Assembly: GCA_043820105.1 (NCBI GenBank)
Contig: JBDREC010000088.1
Location: 62,001 to 104,132, forward strand
Reading direction: 5' to 3'
DNA: 42,132 bases
Source: Pseudomonadota bacterium
GTDB lineage: Bacteria; Bdellovibrionota_F; JAHFAK01; JBDREC01
The position numbers and the translations under genes are program-made. The notes beneath the pieces were generated by a model. It saw nothing but the letters and a program-made list of their open reading frames with translations. It was not told the origin of the DNA and searched no databases. Shown here one piece after another: positions 9,517 through 19,394 of this stretch (positions are counted from its first letter, which is position 1; every line of letters starts with the position of its first letter).

Positions 9517-11967
9517 TTACTCTAGAGTAATACCTAAATAAATTTCAAAGTTCTCTGTTTTTACAGTAGCTTCGCCACCAAATTGGATATCTTTTGCTCG
9601 AGTTGCACTTTTAATATCAATGACCGTATTTTGAAGAGCCTTTGAAATTTCTGCATCTGATTTAATTCTCAGCTCTGGCAATTCAGTATTAAGTGACAAA
9701 GAGTTTTCTGTTTTATATCTTCTCACACCCTTGACAACTTCAACTAAATATTCGCAAGTCTTTTCAGCTTCTGCATTAATAAAACTTTCGTTGAAAACTG
9801 GCCACTTTGAAATATGTACTGATTTTTCAGAGCCCTCTTTTCTCAATAAGCCTTGAAAAATCTCTTCTGTTACATATGGAATAAAAGGTGCATAAAGCTT
9901 AATAATAGAATCAAGGATAATTGAAATTGTAATTTGAGCAGATAGTTTTTGCTCTTCACCATAAACCTCTGGTTTATACAATCTATCTTTGGCGATTTCT
10001 AAATAATTATCACAAAGATCCAGCCAAAAGAAATGATCAACTGCATTTCTTACTTTTGCAAATTCATAAACTTTAAAGTTTTTGGTAGCACTTTCAATAA
10101 CCCTATTGAGTCTTGAAAGGATCCACTTATCAACAACATTAATGATCTCAGCATCATTATGTTTTTCACAATCAAAATCTGTTAAATGCATTTCTATAAA
10201 CTTTGAGGCATTCCATAGTTTGTTGGCAAGTTTTTTACCTTGAGCAACTTCATCTTCGCTGTAATTAAGATTATTTCCAAGATTAACTGAAGCAGACCAA
10301 TATCTGAGCGCATCAGCTGAATATTTATTCATAACAAAATCAGGGGTTACAAAGTTACCTTTTGATTTGCTCATTTTCTTTCCATGCTCATCAAGGCCCC
10401 AGCCTGAAATCATGACTGTTTCCCAGGGCAAGGAATCTGTATGAAAATGTGATTTAACAACAGTATAAAAAAGCCAGGTCCTGATAATCTCGAAACCTTG
10501 AACACGAACAGTCATTGGATAAACCTGATTTTCCCTGTTTACTTCCTCTTTCCAAAGAGCATTTATTAAAGGAGTAAGTGAAGAGGTCATCCAGGTGTCC
10601 ATTACATCTTTTTCCCCAATAAACTCTTTATGTCCACACTTAGGGCAAGTATCAATGCTTGGACTATCTTGTGTTGGATCAACAGGCAGAGCTTTATCAT
10701 CTGGAACTATAATTTCTTCACACTTTGCACAATACCAAACAGGAAAAGGCACCCCATAATATCTTTGGCGTGAGATACACCAATCCCACTTAAGATTTTC
10801 AACCCAGTTATCATATTGAGTTTTATAATAGGCAGGATACCATTTTAATTCATTTCCTCTTTTTAGCATTTCTTCTTTAACATCAAGCACCTTAATAAAC
10901 CATTGTGGGGTCATATAAAACTCGACAATGGTCCCACATCTTTCATGCACACCAACATTGTGATTAAGTGCTTCTTTTTTAACAACTCTTCCCTGGCTTT
11001 CTAAGATTTCCATAACTTTTTCACGAGCTTCAATGATTTTCATTCCTGCAATTGGTCCTGCTTCTTCAGTAAAAACGCCATTTTTATCAAGAAACAAGCG
11101 AGTATCCAGATTATTTTCACGCCATCTATTAACATCTTCAAAGTCACCCCAGGTACAAACCTGCATTAGTCCTGATCCAAATTCAATATCAACATCTTCA
11201 TCTGCCATTACTTTTACTTGGTGATTTGTAATTGGAATTACCACTTCTTTGCCAATAAGATCTTTATATCTTTCATCATTCGGATTAACAAACAAAGCAA
11301 CGCAAGATGGGATAAGCTCAGGTCTGGTCGTCGCAATTATATACTCATTTTCCTTATCCCCAAAATTAATATAATTTAAAGTTGAGGGTTTTTCTTCTGT
11401 TTCTATTTCAGCTTGAGCAATAGCAGTTTGACATCTTGGACACCATATCATTGGATCGTTTTTTCTTTGTATTCTACCTTTTGAAAAAAGATCAATAAAT
11501 GATCTTTGTGAGATTCTTCTACACTTTTCATTAATGGTGCTGTAAAGCAAAGACCAATCTACTGACAAGCCTAAAGCTCTCCAAAGCTTTTCATAGGTTT
11601 TGCCACCTTCTTTTGTTTCTTTAAGACAGAGTTCAATAAAATCAGATCTTTTAATTTTAGATTTATTTATTTTATGTTTTTTTTCAACAAAGCGTTCTGT
11701 AGGAAGTCCATTATCATCAAAACCCATTGGATAATAAACGTTATATCCCATCATTCTAAAAAACCTAATAACAAATTCTGCCTGAGAATAGCTGATCGCA
11801 TGACCAACATGTAAATGAGCTGAACTTACATAAGGTGGAGGTGTATCAACAGAAAACATCGGCTTAGAAGGGTCATATTTATATTTATATATATCTTCTG
11901 CTTCCCAAAAATTTCGAATCTTTTCTTCAAGCTCAGCAGGTTTATATCTTTTTTCAAGTTTGCTCAT
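9517..11967 (-). CDS. valS: Valine--tRNA ligase (short, archaeal-like type)
   Basis: DTPPPYVS...HVGH, DWCISRQR, DVMDTW, KMSKS; 816 aa with no C-terminal coiled-coil arm evident. Confidence 0.93.
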   Translation of the reverse strand: MSKLEKRYKPAELEEKIRNFWEAEDIYKYKYDPSKPMFSVDTPPPYVSSAHLHVGHAISYSQAEFVIRFFRMMGYNVYYPMGFDDNGLPTERFVEKKHKINKSKIKRSDFIELCLKETKEGGKTYEKLWRALGLSVDWSLLYSTINEKCRRISQRSFIDLFSKGRIQRKNDPMIWCPRCQTAIAQAEIETEEKPSTLNYINFGDKENEYIIATTRPELIPSCVALFVNPNDERYKDLIGKEVVIPITNHQVKVMADEDVDIEFGSGLMQVCTWGDFEDVNRWRENNLDTRLFLDKNGVFTEEAGPIAGMKIIEAREKVMEILESQGRVVKKEALNHNVGVHERCGTIVEFYMTPQWFIKVLDVKEEMLKRGNELKWYPAYYKTQYDNWVENLKWDWCISRQRYYGVPFPVWYCAKCEEIIVPDDKALPVDPTQDSPSIDTCPKCGHKEFIGEKDVMDTWMTSSLTPLINALWKEEVNRENQVYPMTVRVQGFEIIRTWLFYTVVKSHFHTDSLPWETVMISGWGLDEHGKKMSKSKGNFVTPDFVMNKYSADALRYWSASVNLGNNLNYSEDEVAQGKKLANKLWNASKFIEMHLTDFDCEKHNDAEIINVVDKWILSRLNRVIESATKNFKVYEFAKVRNAVDHFFWLDLCDNYLEIAKDRLYKPEVYGEEQKLSAQITISIILDSIIKLYAPFIPYVTEEIFQGLLRKEGSEKSVHISKWPVFNESFINAEAEKTCEYLVEVVKGVRRYKTENSLSLNTELPELRIKSDAEISKALQNTVIDIKSATRAKDIQFGGEATVKTENFEIYLGITLE

Positions 11968-12017
11968 TGTTAATTCCTTAGTAATATTTTAAATTTGAAA
12001 TTATTTTTTGAATAAAA

Positions 12018-12045
12018 TGGATCCTGAAACAAGTCCAGGATGACA
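12018..12045. repeat. Small palindromic extragenic element
   Basis: TGGATCCTGAAACAAGTCCAGGATGACA, with stem ATCCTG/CAGGAT. Confidence 0.5.
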
Positions 12046-12073
12046 CCCCATTGCCAGCAACCAGCAACCCCTA

Positions 12074-12157
12074 CCACTTACCACTTACGACTTACGACTT
12101 ATCACTTACCACTTACGACTTACCACTTACCACTTACGACTTACCACTTACCACTTA
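12074..12157 (-). repeat. 12 x TAAGT(G/C)G (sense strand of the diguanylate cyclase gene) directly after its stop
   Basis: Plus strand CCACTTA/CGACTTA/TCACTTA x12, preceded by 2 x CCAGCAA at 12054-12067. Confidence 0.97.
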
Positions 12158-12161
12158 CCCC

Positions 12162-13064
12162 TCAATTCATCTCCTTACTCAACACAACCCTATTTCTACC
12201 TCTTTTCTTTGCCTCATAAAGTGCTTTATCAGAATCTTCAATCATATCATTATAGTTTTTAAACTTTGTAAGCGAAGGAGTTAATGAGGTAACACCCATA
12301 CTAATAGTAACAGGGATATCTTTGTCATTATAATTAAAGTCAATGCCTTCAACTAGCTTTCTAAGCTTTTCAGCTATTTGACCTGCTTTTTCTTCATTTG
12401 TTTCAGGTAAAATAATTCCAAATTCCTCGCCTCCATAGCGTCCAATAATATCTTCTTTCCTTAGGTTTCTGGTAACAAGGGAAGAAAGGCGCTTTAAAAT
12501 GTAATCTCCTGCTGGATGGCCATGAATATCGTTTACAAGCTTAAAGTGATCAAGGTCAAATAAGACCAGTGAAAGATCACGTCTATACCTTTTAGATCTT
12601 GAGAATTCATTAAACAGACATTCCATGAAAAACTTTTTGTTATAAACTTGTGTCAAACCATCTAGAGTTGCAAGCCTGTAAATAACCTCATGATACGCAT
12701 TTTCAATATTATCCTGAGAAATGAATTTTAGGATAGTATTACCAATAAGAATCAAATCACCGTCTTTTAAAATAGTGGTTTTTGTTTTCTTAGTATTTAT
12801 ATAAGTTCCGTTGGTGCTATCAAGATCTTCAATAATTACCTTGTCACCTTTATTAATGATTCTTGCATGCTTTCTGGAAACATTTTCTTCATTAACACGA
12901 ACCTCAACATTTTCGCCCCTTCCAATACACATTTCCAAAGCATCAAGGTTATATTTTTTACCAAGTTGTGAGCCATGAATAATAACAAGGCAAGCATTGT
13001 TTCCAGGTCCTGTTTTTTCAAAGACCTTGTCTTTTTTCTGAATAATGGTAGGATCATCAGCCAT
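12162..13064 (-). CDS. FHA-GGDEF diguanylate cyclase
   Basis: FHA motifs IGRG, VSRKHA and DLDSTNGTY; GRYGGEEF active site with an RKED I-site. Confidence 0.93.
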   Translation of the reverse strand: MADDPTIIQKKDKVFEKTGPGNNACLVIIHGSQLGKKYNLDALEMCIGRGENVEVRVNEENVSRKHARIINKGDKVIIEDLDSTNGTYINTKKTKTTILKDGDLILIGNTILKFISQDNIENAYHEVIYRLATLDGLTQVYNKKFFMECLFNEFSRSKRYRRDLSLVLFDLDHFKLVNDIHGHPAGDYILKRLSSLVTRNLRKEDIIGRYGGEEFGIILPETNEEKAGQIAEKLRKLVEGIDFNYNDKDIPVTISMGVTSLTPSLTKFKNYNDMIEDSDKALYEAKKRGRNRVVLSKEMN

Positions 13065-13084
13065 AATATCTTCTTTATTAATTA

Positions 13085-14470
13085 TTAAACAAAAAATTCA
13101 TCAATTACATTAGAATACTTATCAATATCTTGAAAAAGTTCAACTTCTTTTTTGCTTCCAAGCAAGGCTTTAGCATATTTTTTTCCAACTTCAACCCCTG
13201 GTTGATCAAATGGGTCAATATTTAAGATATATCCTGTTATAGCTGTCACCATTTCAAATAGAAAAAATAAAGATCCAATCGTTTCAGGACAAATCCTTGG
13301 TAAAATAAGCTCAAAACTTGGTTTTTTTTCTTTGGCAAGCCCAATTGCTGTTGCCTTTAGCTCTGCTTTAATTAAATCAGTAAAGCTTTTTTCATGAAGA
13401 TAATCAAACCCTTCGAACAAAGGTTCTTTATTTGAAATAGGAAAGTCTTTTTCGTATTCTGAAACTGAAATTAAACCTATTAGCTTATTGGTAGGACCTT
13501 CCATATATAACTGAAGTTGTGAATGTTGATCGCGGGAACCAAGAGCCTTCAGAGGTGTTTGACCAATATTAACTTCATTTCCATCAAGATCAAACTTCTT
13601 ACCCAAACTTTCACCCCATAGTTGATTAAACCAATCAGAAACATACTCAAGACTATCGGAGTAAGGCATCAAAACCAGCTCTGAAATATCTTTTTCTATC
13701 CAGTAATAAGAAATTATTAAAGCTAAGGTCAAGGAAGGATTAATAAAAGCCTGATCAGGTCTTGAAAGCCTAAGCATATTTTTAGCGCCAACAATAATTT
13801 CCCTTATATTTATTCCCATTAGAGCAGCCGGCAATAAACCCACAGGACATAAAACAGAGAATCTGCCACCAACTGTCGATGGAATATCAAAACATGGAAT
13901 ATTATTTTCAGTGGCAAATACCTTCATTGGGCCCTTTTGGGGATCAGTAATAAAAACCAAATGCTCACAAAGCTTATCTTTAGGAATAACTTTTATAATA
14001 AGATCATAAAAAGCAAAAAAGTGAGAAATGGTTTCAACAGTTGTTCCTGACTTGCTTGTAAAAACATAACAGCTTTCACTTGGATTCACAATGCCGGCTA
14101 GATCATACATTGTCTTTGGATCAACATTATCTACAAAAAATATTTTGGGTTCATTAATTACATTATGATATCTATGAAGCAGAGATTTAAATAAAGTGTT
14201 AGGTCCTAAAGATGAACCACCTATACCAAAAAAGACAATATTTTTATATTTACCACGAACCTTTAAAGCAAAATCTTCAATAGAAGAAAGATCCATATCA
14301 TTCTTTATTAAATTATAAAAACCAAGCTTAGCGTTATTTTGATCATTCAAAAACTTTTCTATTTTATCTTTGTGCAATAAATAAAAATTATTAATTTTCT
14401 TATGAGTCAAACCAAATTCAGGACCAATTATTTTTTCAGATAATTTACTAAAATTCAGGTTTATTTTCAT
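13085..14470 (-). CDS. pgi: Glucose-6-phosphate isomerase
   Basis: GIGGSSLG, SKSGTTVET, VGGRFSV, QLWGESLGK, DQHSQLQ, PFDQPGVE. Confidence 0.96.
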   Translation of the reverse strand: MKINLNFSKLSEKIIGPEFGLTHKKINNFYLLHKDKIEKFLNDQNNAKLGFYNLIKNDMDLSSIEDFALKVRGKYKNIVFFGIGGSSLGPNTLFKSLLHRYHNVINEPKIFFVDNVDPKTMYDLAGIVNPSESCYVFTSKSGTTVETISHFFAFYDLIIKVIPKDKLCEHLVFITDPQKGPMKVFATENNIPCFDIPSTVGGRFSVLCPVGLLPAALMGINIREIIVGAKNMLRLSRPDQAFINPSLTLALIISYYWIEKDISELVLMPYSDSLEYVSDWFNQLWGESLGKKFDLDGNEVNIGQTPLKALGSRDQHSQLQLYMEGPTNKLIGLISVSEYEKDFPISNKEPLFEGFDYLHEKSFTDLIKAELKATAIGLAKEKKPSFELILPRICPETIGSLFFLFEMVTAITGYILNIDPFDQPGVEVGKKYAKALLGSKKEVELFQDIDKYSNVIDEFFV

Positions 14471-14567
14471 GGATATACCTCAAATGTACTTTAATTAGGG
14501 ATGTTTATAAAATTGGTAAATTTAAAGCAAGGTAAAAGTTGGGAATTAAGATTAAAACAATCTATGT

Positions 14568-16079
14568 TTAAAAGAAAACAAATGTAACTAGAATAAAAAC
14601 TGGAATCAATACTGGAATTGAGTATTTAAACATATAACCAAAAAAACTTGGCATTATAATTCCTGCTTCTTCTGCTATTGACTTAACCATAAAGTTAGGT
14701 GCATTTCCAATATAGGTATTAGCGCCCATGAAAACTGCGCCACAAGATATCGCCATCAGATAAATTTCCTGCTCTTTGATTAAGGCAGCCACTGCGCTTG
14801 GTTCAGGCATTCCAGCAAAGAAACTTCCTAAGGCAGTATTAAAGAAAGTTAAGTAAGTTGGTGCATTATCAAGAAAACTTGATAAGATACCAGTTACCCA
14901 AAAATAATGATATGGCTGTTTTACTGCTTCAATTATAAAGGCAAGGCTTCCTTCTGATCCAGCTTTTAATATTGCAAGGGCAGGAATGATAGTCATAAAG
15001 ATGCCTGCGAATAAATAAGCAACCTCCAAGATTGGAAACCAAGTAAAACCATTTTTCTCTCTAATAAGTTTCTTGGTTGTGATCATTGAGAAAACACCCA
15101 TCATAATAATTAGAAAATCCCTAAGAGTGTTTTGAAGTTCAATATGAACACCCAAAATATTTAATTGCCCTAGTTTTAACATACCACTCATTAAAACAGC
15201 GGCAACTATTCCAGCAAGAAATAAAACATTATGATAACCAGAAATTTTAAATTTAACAGCATTAGCTGGGTCAAGTTTTTCGTTTTTATAGGGGTCTTTT
15301 GCATATAAAAAAGAATCAATAGCAAAATAAACACCAAGTAATATTAATGATACAAAGCTCATTGGAGCAATCAATTTTAGAGTCCAGAAAAATGGGACTT
15401 TGTGCAAGAATCCTAGAAATAAAGGAGGATCTCCAAGTGGGGTAAGTGATCCACCAATGTTACAAACTAGAAAAATGAAAAACACAACAGTGTGTGTCTT
15501 TTTTTGCCTTTGATCATTTGCTCTAAGTAGTGGTCTGACTAAAAGCATAGCCGCTCCAGTTGTTCCAACCCAAGAAGCAATTACTGTTCCAATTAATAAA
15601 ATAATAGTATTTACAACTGGAGAGCCTTTCATAGAACCTTCAAGCAAAATGCCGCCTGAAACAGTAAAAAGTCCCCAAAGTAAAATAATAAAAGGAATAT
15701 AGTCTATCATGTAAATGTGCATTATTTCGTAAAAGGCTACGCTTTTAAAGGCAATCAAAAAGGGCACGGCAAATAAAAGGGCCCACATTGCAGAAAGTTT
15801 TGGAAAATGATGGTGCCAAAAATGAGGGGCAAATAATGGAAACAAAGCTATTGACAATAAAATTCCGATAAAGGGAATAATTGACCAAAGTGGCAGTTTC
15901 TGACCTAAATCATTTCCATGTTGGCCTTGATTCTCAGATTCAACATGACCATTTTCAGCCTCTTGCGCGTTATGTGTAATTTCCTGCCCATGACTATTTG
16001 TTTCTTCTGCAAATGAATTAGCAATAAGTGAAAATGCAAATAAAGCTAAACCAATAAACAAAATCCTAACTATTCTCAT
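14568..16079 (-). CDS. Putative sodium:proton antiporter (ion transporter superfamily)
   Basis: Multiple TM helices; NIGGSLTPLGDPPLFLGF, SSFLDNAPTY, TYIGNAPNFMVK. Confidence 0.8.
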   Translation of the reverse strand: MRIVRILFIGLALFAFSLIANSFAEETNSHGQEITHNAQEAENGHVESENQGQHGNDLGQKLPLWSIIPFIGILLSIALFPLFAPHFWHHHFPKLSAMWALLFAVPFLIAFKSVAFYEIMHIYMIDYIPFIILLWGLFTVSGGILLEGSMKGSPVVNTIILLIGTVIASWVGTTGAAMLLVRPLLRANDQRQKKTHTVVFFIFLVCNIGGSLTPLGDPPLFLGFLHKVPFFWTLKLIAPMSFVSLILLGVYFAIDSFLYAKDPYKNEKLDPANAVKFKISGYHNVLFLAGIVAAVLMSGMLKLGQLNILGVHIELQNTLRDFLIIMMGVFSMITTKKLIREKNGFTWFPILEVAYLFAGIFMTIIPALAILKAGSEGSLAFIIEAVKQPYHYFWVTGILSSFLDNAPTYLTFFNTALGSFFAGMPEPSAVAALIKEQEIYLMAISCGAVFMGANTYIGNAPNFMVKSIAEEAGIIMPSFFGYMFKYSIPVLIPVFILVTFVFF

Positions 16080-16185
16080 TTTCTTTACCTTTTTTGTTAA
16101 TATTAATCTAAAAAAACGACCATCTGTTTATCTAATTAAACTAAAAAGGCAATGAAAAAAACCAAGATTTGTCAAAAATGACGTC

Positions 16186-16226
16186 TCCCCTTGTTCCCCT
16201 GTTCCCTTGTTCCCCTTGTTCTCTTG
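16186..16226 (+). repeat. About 5 x 8-mer TTCCCTTG-like array in a divergent intergenic region
   Basis: TCCCCTTG TTCCCCTG TTCCCTTG TTCCCCTTG TTCTCTTG. Confidence 0.85.
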
Positions 16227-16267
16227 AAAAACTTGACCTAAATAAAAAGATAAAGCATATTAAGAAT

Positions 16268-17059
16268 ATGAATTTGTTAAAAATAAAATTGCTCCCATTA
16301 ATCTTTTCAATAATTATCATCCTTAGCTCTTGCTCTTTGCATACAGCTCCAAAGAAATTTTCTAATAATTTAAACTGCAATAATTTTTTATTAAAAATTG
16401 AACAAATTGAACTTGATAGGAATTTAGAAAATATAAAATATCAGGCAAAATTATTTTTAAATGATTCTCAAAGCTCAAAGCAAGTCTTAGTTTACGTTTT
16501 TATTAAGGAAAATAAAAAGTTAAGAATTGAGGCTGTCACTGATTTTGGAACAACTATTTTTCTGCTTATAATTAATGAAAAAACTCTAAGTCTTTATAGA
16601 CCAAATGAAAATGCTATTTATATCGGTAACAATTCAAGCTCTAATATTCATCAGGTTCTGGGGGTCGCGGCTTCATCAAAACTTTTATTTACCCTGCTTT
16701 CCAATAGATTCCCAACTTTTCCTGAAAATACAAGCTGTACAAATAATGAAGATACTATAAAACTTGAGTCAAAAAATAATTTCACAAAAAAAACCGTGCT
16801 AATTAGTCCCCAAAAAAAAGTTATTGAAAATTATAAATATCAAGATTTAGATGGAAATATTTTAGAAATTACTTATAATGACTTTAAAGAAGTTGAAGGA
16901 ATAATGTTTCCGCATGAAATAAAACTTCATGATCCAGGCAAAGAAAACAAAATAATAATAAATGTTAATGCAATATTTATGAAACAAAAACTTGATGAAA
17001 AACTTTTTAGAATTTCAGTTCCCAAGAATGTTGAAGTAAGGACCTTTAATGGCAGTTAA
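16268..17059 (+). CDS. Lipoprotein, DUF4292/LolA-LolB-like fold
   Basis: Start moved to ATG 16268; lipobox LSSC; LRIE...FG and FPHEIKL...LDEKLFRISVP pattern. Confidence 0.6.
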   Translation: MNLLKIKLLPLIFSIIIILSSCSLHTAPKKFSNNLNCNNFLLKIEQIELDRNLENIKYQAKLFLNDSQSSKQVLVYVFIKENKKLRIEAVTDFGTTIFLLIINEKTLSLYRPNENAIYIGNNSSSNIHQVLGVAASSKLLFTLLSNRFPTFPENTSCTNNEDTIKLESKNNFTKKTVLISPQKKVIENYKYQDLDGNILEITYNDFKEVEGIMFPHEIKLHDPGKENKIIINVNAIFMKQKLDEKLFRISVPKNVEVRTFNGS

Positions 17060-17804
17060 GAAAAAATTTGGTCAAATACTACTTGAAGCAGGAGTTATAA
17101 ATCAAGCAATGCTTGAAAAAGCACTTGCAAAACAGGAGATTTGGGATGATAAAATTGGGCAAATTATGATGGCTCTTGGGTATTTTGATGAAAAAATATT
17201 AATAGCTACTCTTTCCTGCCAGCATTCAATTCCAATTGTTGACCTTGATTATAAAACTGTTACTTCAAGGGCCTTAAAAGCCTTACCTGAATCTATTATT
17301 TTAAAACATAAAGTCTTACCAATTGAACTTACCCCAACAAAGCTTAGACTCGCCTATTGTGAAAACAGTGATATGTCTATTTTATCAGACTTATCAGTTA
17401 CTGTTGGATATACAATAGAAAAACAACTTGTTACAACACAACAACTAACAAACAAACTTCAATATTACTTTGGTGTTCCAAAGGTATATACAAAGAAAAG
17501 AAAAATAAGTAAAAAAAGAGCGAAAAATATTAAAAATATAATTAAAAGAAGAATATCTGACATTTTTCCAGGCCTTGAAAAAAGATCAACCCTCATTAAT
17601 GCATTCCTTGGAAAACCAAAAACACCAAAGGAAATTGAATTAAGGATTGGCGAACTTGCAGAAGATATTATAATTGATAAAAATTGGCTCAAAGTCGAAT
17701 CTGAAAAATCAATTAGAGATAGAAGATTAATTACAATTTTAAAAAAATCCCGAGACCTTTTTACAATACTTGATAAAAAAGGAGTTTATAGCTACAAAAA
17801 ATAA
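17049..17804 (+). CDS. Stand-alone MshEN/T2SSE_N domain protein (no ATPase domain)
   Basis: KFGQILLEAGVINQAMLEKALAKQ and KIGQIMMALGYFDE tandem motifs. Confidence 0.8.
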   Translation: MAVKKKFGQILLEAGVINQAMLEKALAKQEIWDDKIGQIMMALGYFDEKILIATLSCQHSIPIVDLDYKTVTSRALKALPESIILKHKVLPIELTPTKLRLAYCENSDMSILSDLSVTVGYTIEKQLVTTQQLTNKLQYYFGVPKVYTKKRKISKKRAKNIKNIIKRRISDIFPGLEKRSTLINAFLGKPKTPKEIELRIGELAEDIIIDKNWLKVESEKSIRDRRLITILKKSRDLFTILDKKGVYSYKK

Positions 17805-17818
17805 GCTATAAAAATAAT

Positions 17819-18403
17819 ATGGAAATTAATTCACAAGGAAACATACAAAAACTCTTAGATTATTTTGCAGAAAATAATATTATCACCATAAGTGAACTTG
17901 GAAATCTACACTTAGAAGCAAAAGCTCAAAACAAACCAATAACCGCTTTGTTAAGAGAAAAAGAGATAATAACCGAGACTGAGCTTTTAAAAATTGTCTC
18001 AAAGCTTTACAAATTAAAAATTATCAACCTTTCGAAATCAAAAGTCTCAAAAGATGTAAAATATCTCCTTTCTGAAAAAATATTATTAAATTTTTCCTGT
18101 GTTCCAGTTGCCCTTGAGGGAAAAAAACTTGTCATGGCTTTTAGTATGCTTCCTGATAATATTTTCATTGAATCAATTGAATCTGTCATAAACAAAAAAA
18201 TTAAAATATTATTGGCAAATCACCATGAAATCGTGACCCTGATTAATAAAGAAATCATCCCTCTTTTCAGAACTAGCGGCTCCCGTCAAGATTCTAGCAG
18301 ACGATATGATATTTATATCGCGAAACTAAACTCTTTAGCAATTTTCATGATCTACTCTGGAATAATGTCAGACAAAGAACTTGAAAACTTTTTGGAAGAT
18401 TAA
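17819..18403 (+). CDS. Degenerate MshEN/T2SSE_N-like protein
   Basis: LLREKEIITETELLKIVS...CVPVALEGKKLVMAF pattern. Confidence 0.6.
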   Translation: MEINSQGNIQKLLDYFAENNIITISELGNLHLEAKAQNKPITALLREKEIITETELLKIVSKLYKLKIINLSKSKVSKDVKYLLSEKILLNFSCVPVALEGKKLVMAFSMLPDNIFIESIESVINKKIKILLANHHEIVTLINKEIIPLFRTSGSRQDSSRRYDIYIAKLNSLAIFMIYSGIMSDKELENFLED

Positions 18404-18410
18404 ACCAATA

Positions 18411-19313
18411 ATGGATCTTAAAAAAAGAATTAAAAGCCTTGCTTTAAAACTTGGGGCAAGTGACATAGCTTTTACAAATGTAAAAAACTTCGATCTTTTA
18501 GATAATTTTTTTATCTATAAAAATGAAAAAAATGTGCCTGGAATGGAATATATTTCTAATTCAATTGAAAAGCGCCTTTTTCCATTAAAAGAGCATCCTT
18601 TTGCAAAAACTGCTATAATGATAGCTGTAGCTAATAAGCTAGAAAAGAAACCAGATCTAGGTTTTAAAATAGCTGAATATGCCCTAAGCCTTGATTATCA
18701 TATAAGAGTAAAGGAAATATTATCTATCATTGAATTTAGCTTACAGAAATTAGGTCTACAGACATATTCATTTGTTGATGCTCAGCCTGTGCTCGAAAAA
18801 CATCTGGCATCGCGCGCAGGTCTTGGAAAGTGGGGTAAAAATGGTCTATTGTATAATAAAAAATGTGGTAGCTATTTTAATATAGGTGGCATATTTACTG
18901 ATTTAAAAATCAAAGTTGTAAATACAAATGATTTAAAGTTAGACTGCGGAGATTGTAATAAATGCATTGAAGCATGCCCAACTAATGCTATTAAAGAAAA
19001 TTATAAAATTGATCCTGTAAAATGCATTTCCTATCAGACCATTGAAAACAAAGAAGATATTAATGAGTCAATCAAGCCAAAATTAAGCAATTATATTTTT
19101 GGTTGTGACATTTGCCAGCTGGTTTGCCCCAAAAACTCAAATATTAAGGGAAGCTTACTTCCACTTGAATTACTTAAAATAAAATCTCTCACTGATCAAA
19201 TATTATCTCTGGATTCTAATAAAGAATATAAAAGAAAATTCAGTGAAAGCCCACTTGGAAGGTTAAAACTTGAAAAAATAAAAAACAACATCAAAGCAGC
19301 AACCAGCAACTAG
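18411..19313 (+). CDS. queG: Epoxyqueuosine reductase
   Basis: DYH, VDAQPVLEK, AGLGKWGKN, CGDCNKCIEACPT, CISYQTIE, FGCDICQLVCP. Start moved to ATG 18411. Confidence 0.9.
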   Translation: MDLKKRIKSLALKLGASDIAFTNVKNFDLLDNFFIYKNEKNVPGMEYISNSIEKRLFPLKEHPFAKTAIMIAVANKLEKKPDLGFKIAEYALSLDYHIRVKEILSIIEFSLQKLGLQTYSFVDAQPVLEKHLASRAGLGKWGKNGLLYNKKCGSYFNIGGIFTDLKIKVVNTNDLKLDCGDCNKCIEACPTNAIKENYKIDPVKCISYQTIENKEDINESIKPKLSNYIFGCDICQLVCPKNSNIKGSLLPLELLKIKSLTDQILSLDSNKEYKRKFSESPLGRLKLEKIKNNIKAATSN

Positions 19314-19325
19314 CAACCAGCAACT
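19298..19325 (+). repeat. 4 x AGCAAC(C/T) spanning the queG stop codon
   Basis: AGCAACC AGCAACT AGCAACC AGCAACT. Confidence 0.85.
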
Positions 19326-19394
19326 ATTTATTTGACTTTTATCAGACATTCGCCTAAAGACGCACTACATTAAAAATGGTTGGAGTACTTTGAA

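Noticed and set aside
12051-12284. 77-aa ORF of LTTYDLP repeats
   Set aside because: Translation of the array; overlaps the cyclase gene in antisense.
16141-16380. Minus-strand ORF and the N-terminal extension of the lipoprotein from 16169
   Set aside because: Both run through the 8-mer array; the lipoprotein signal fits a start at 16268.
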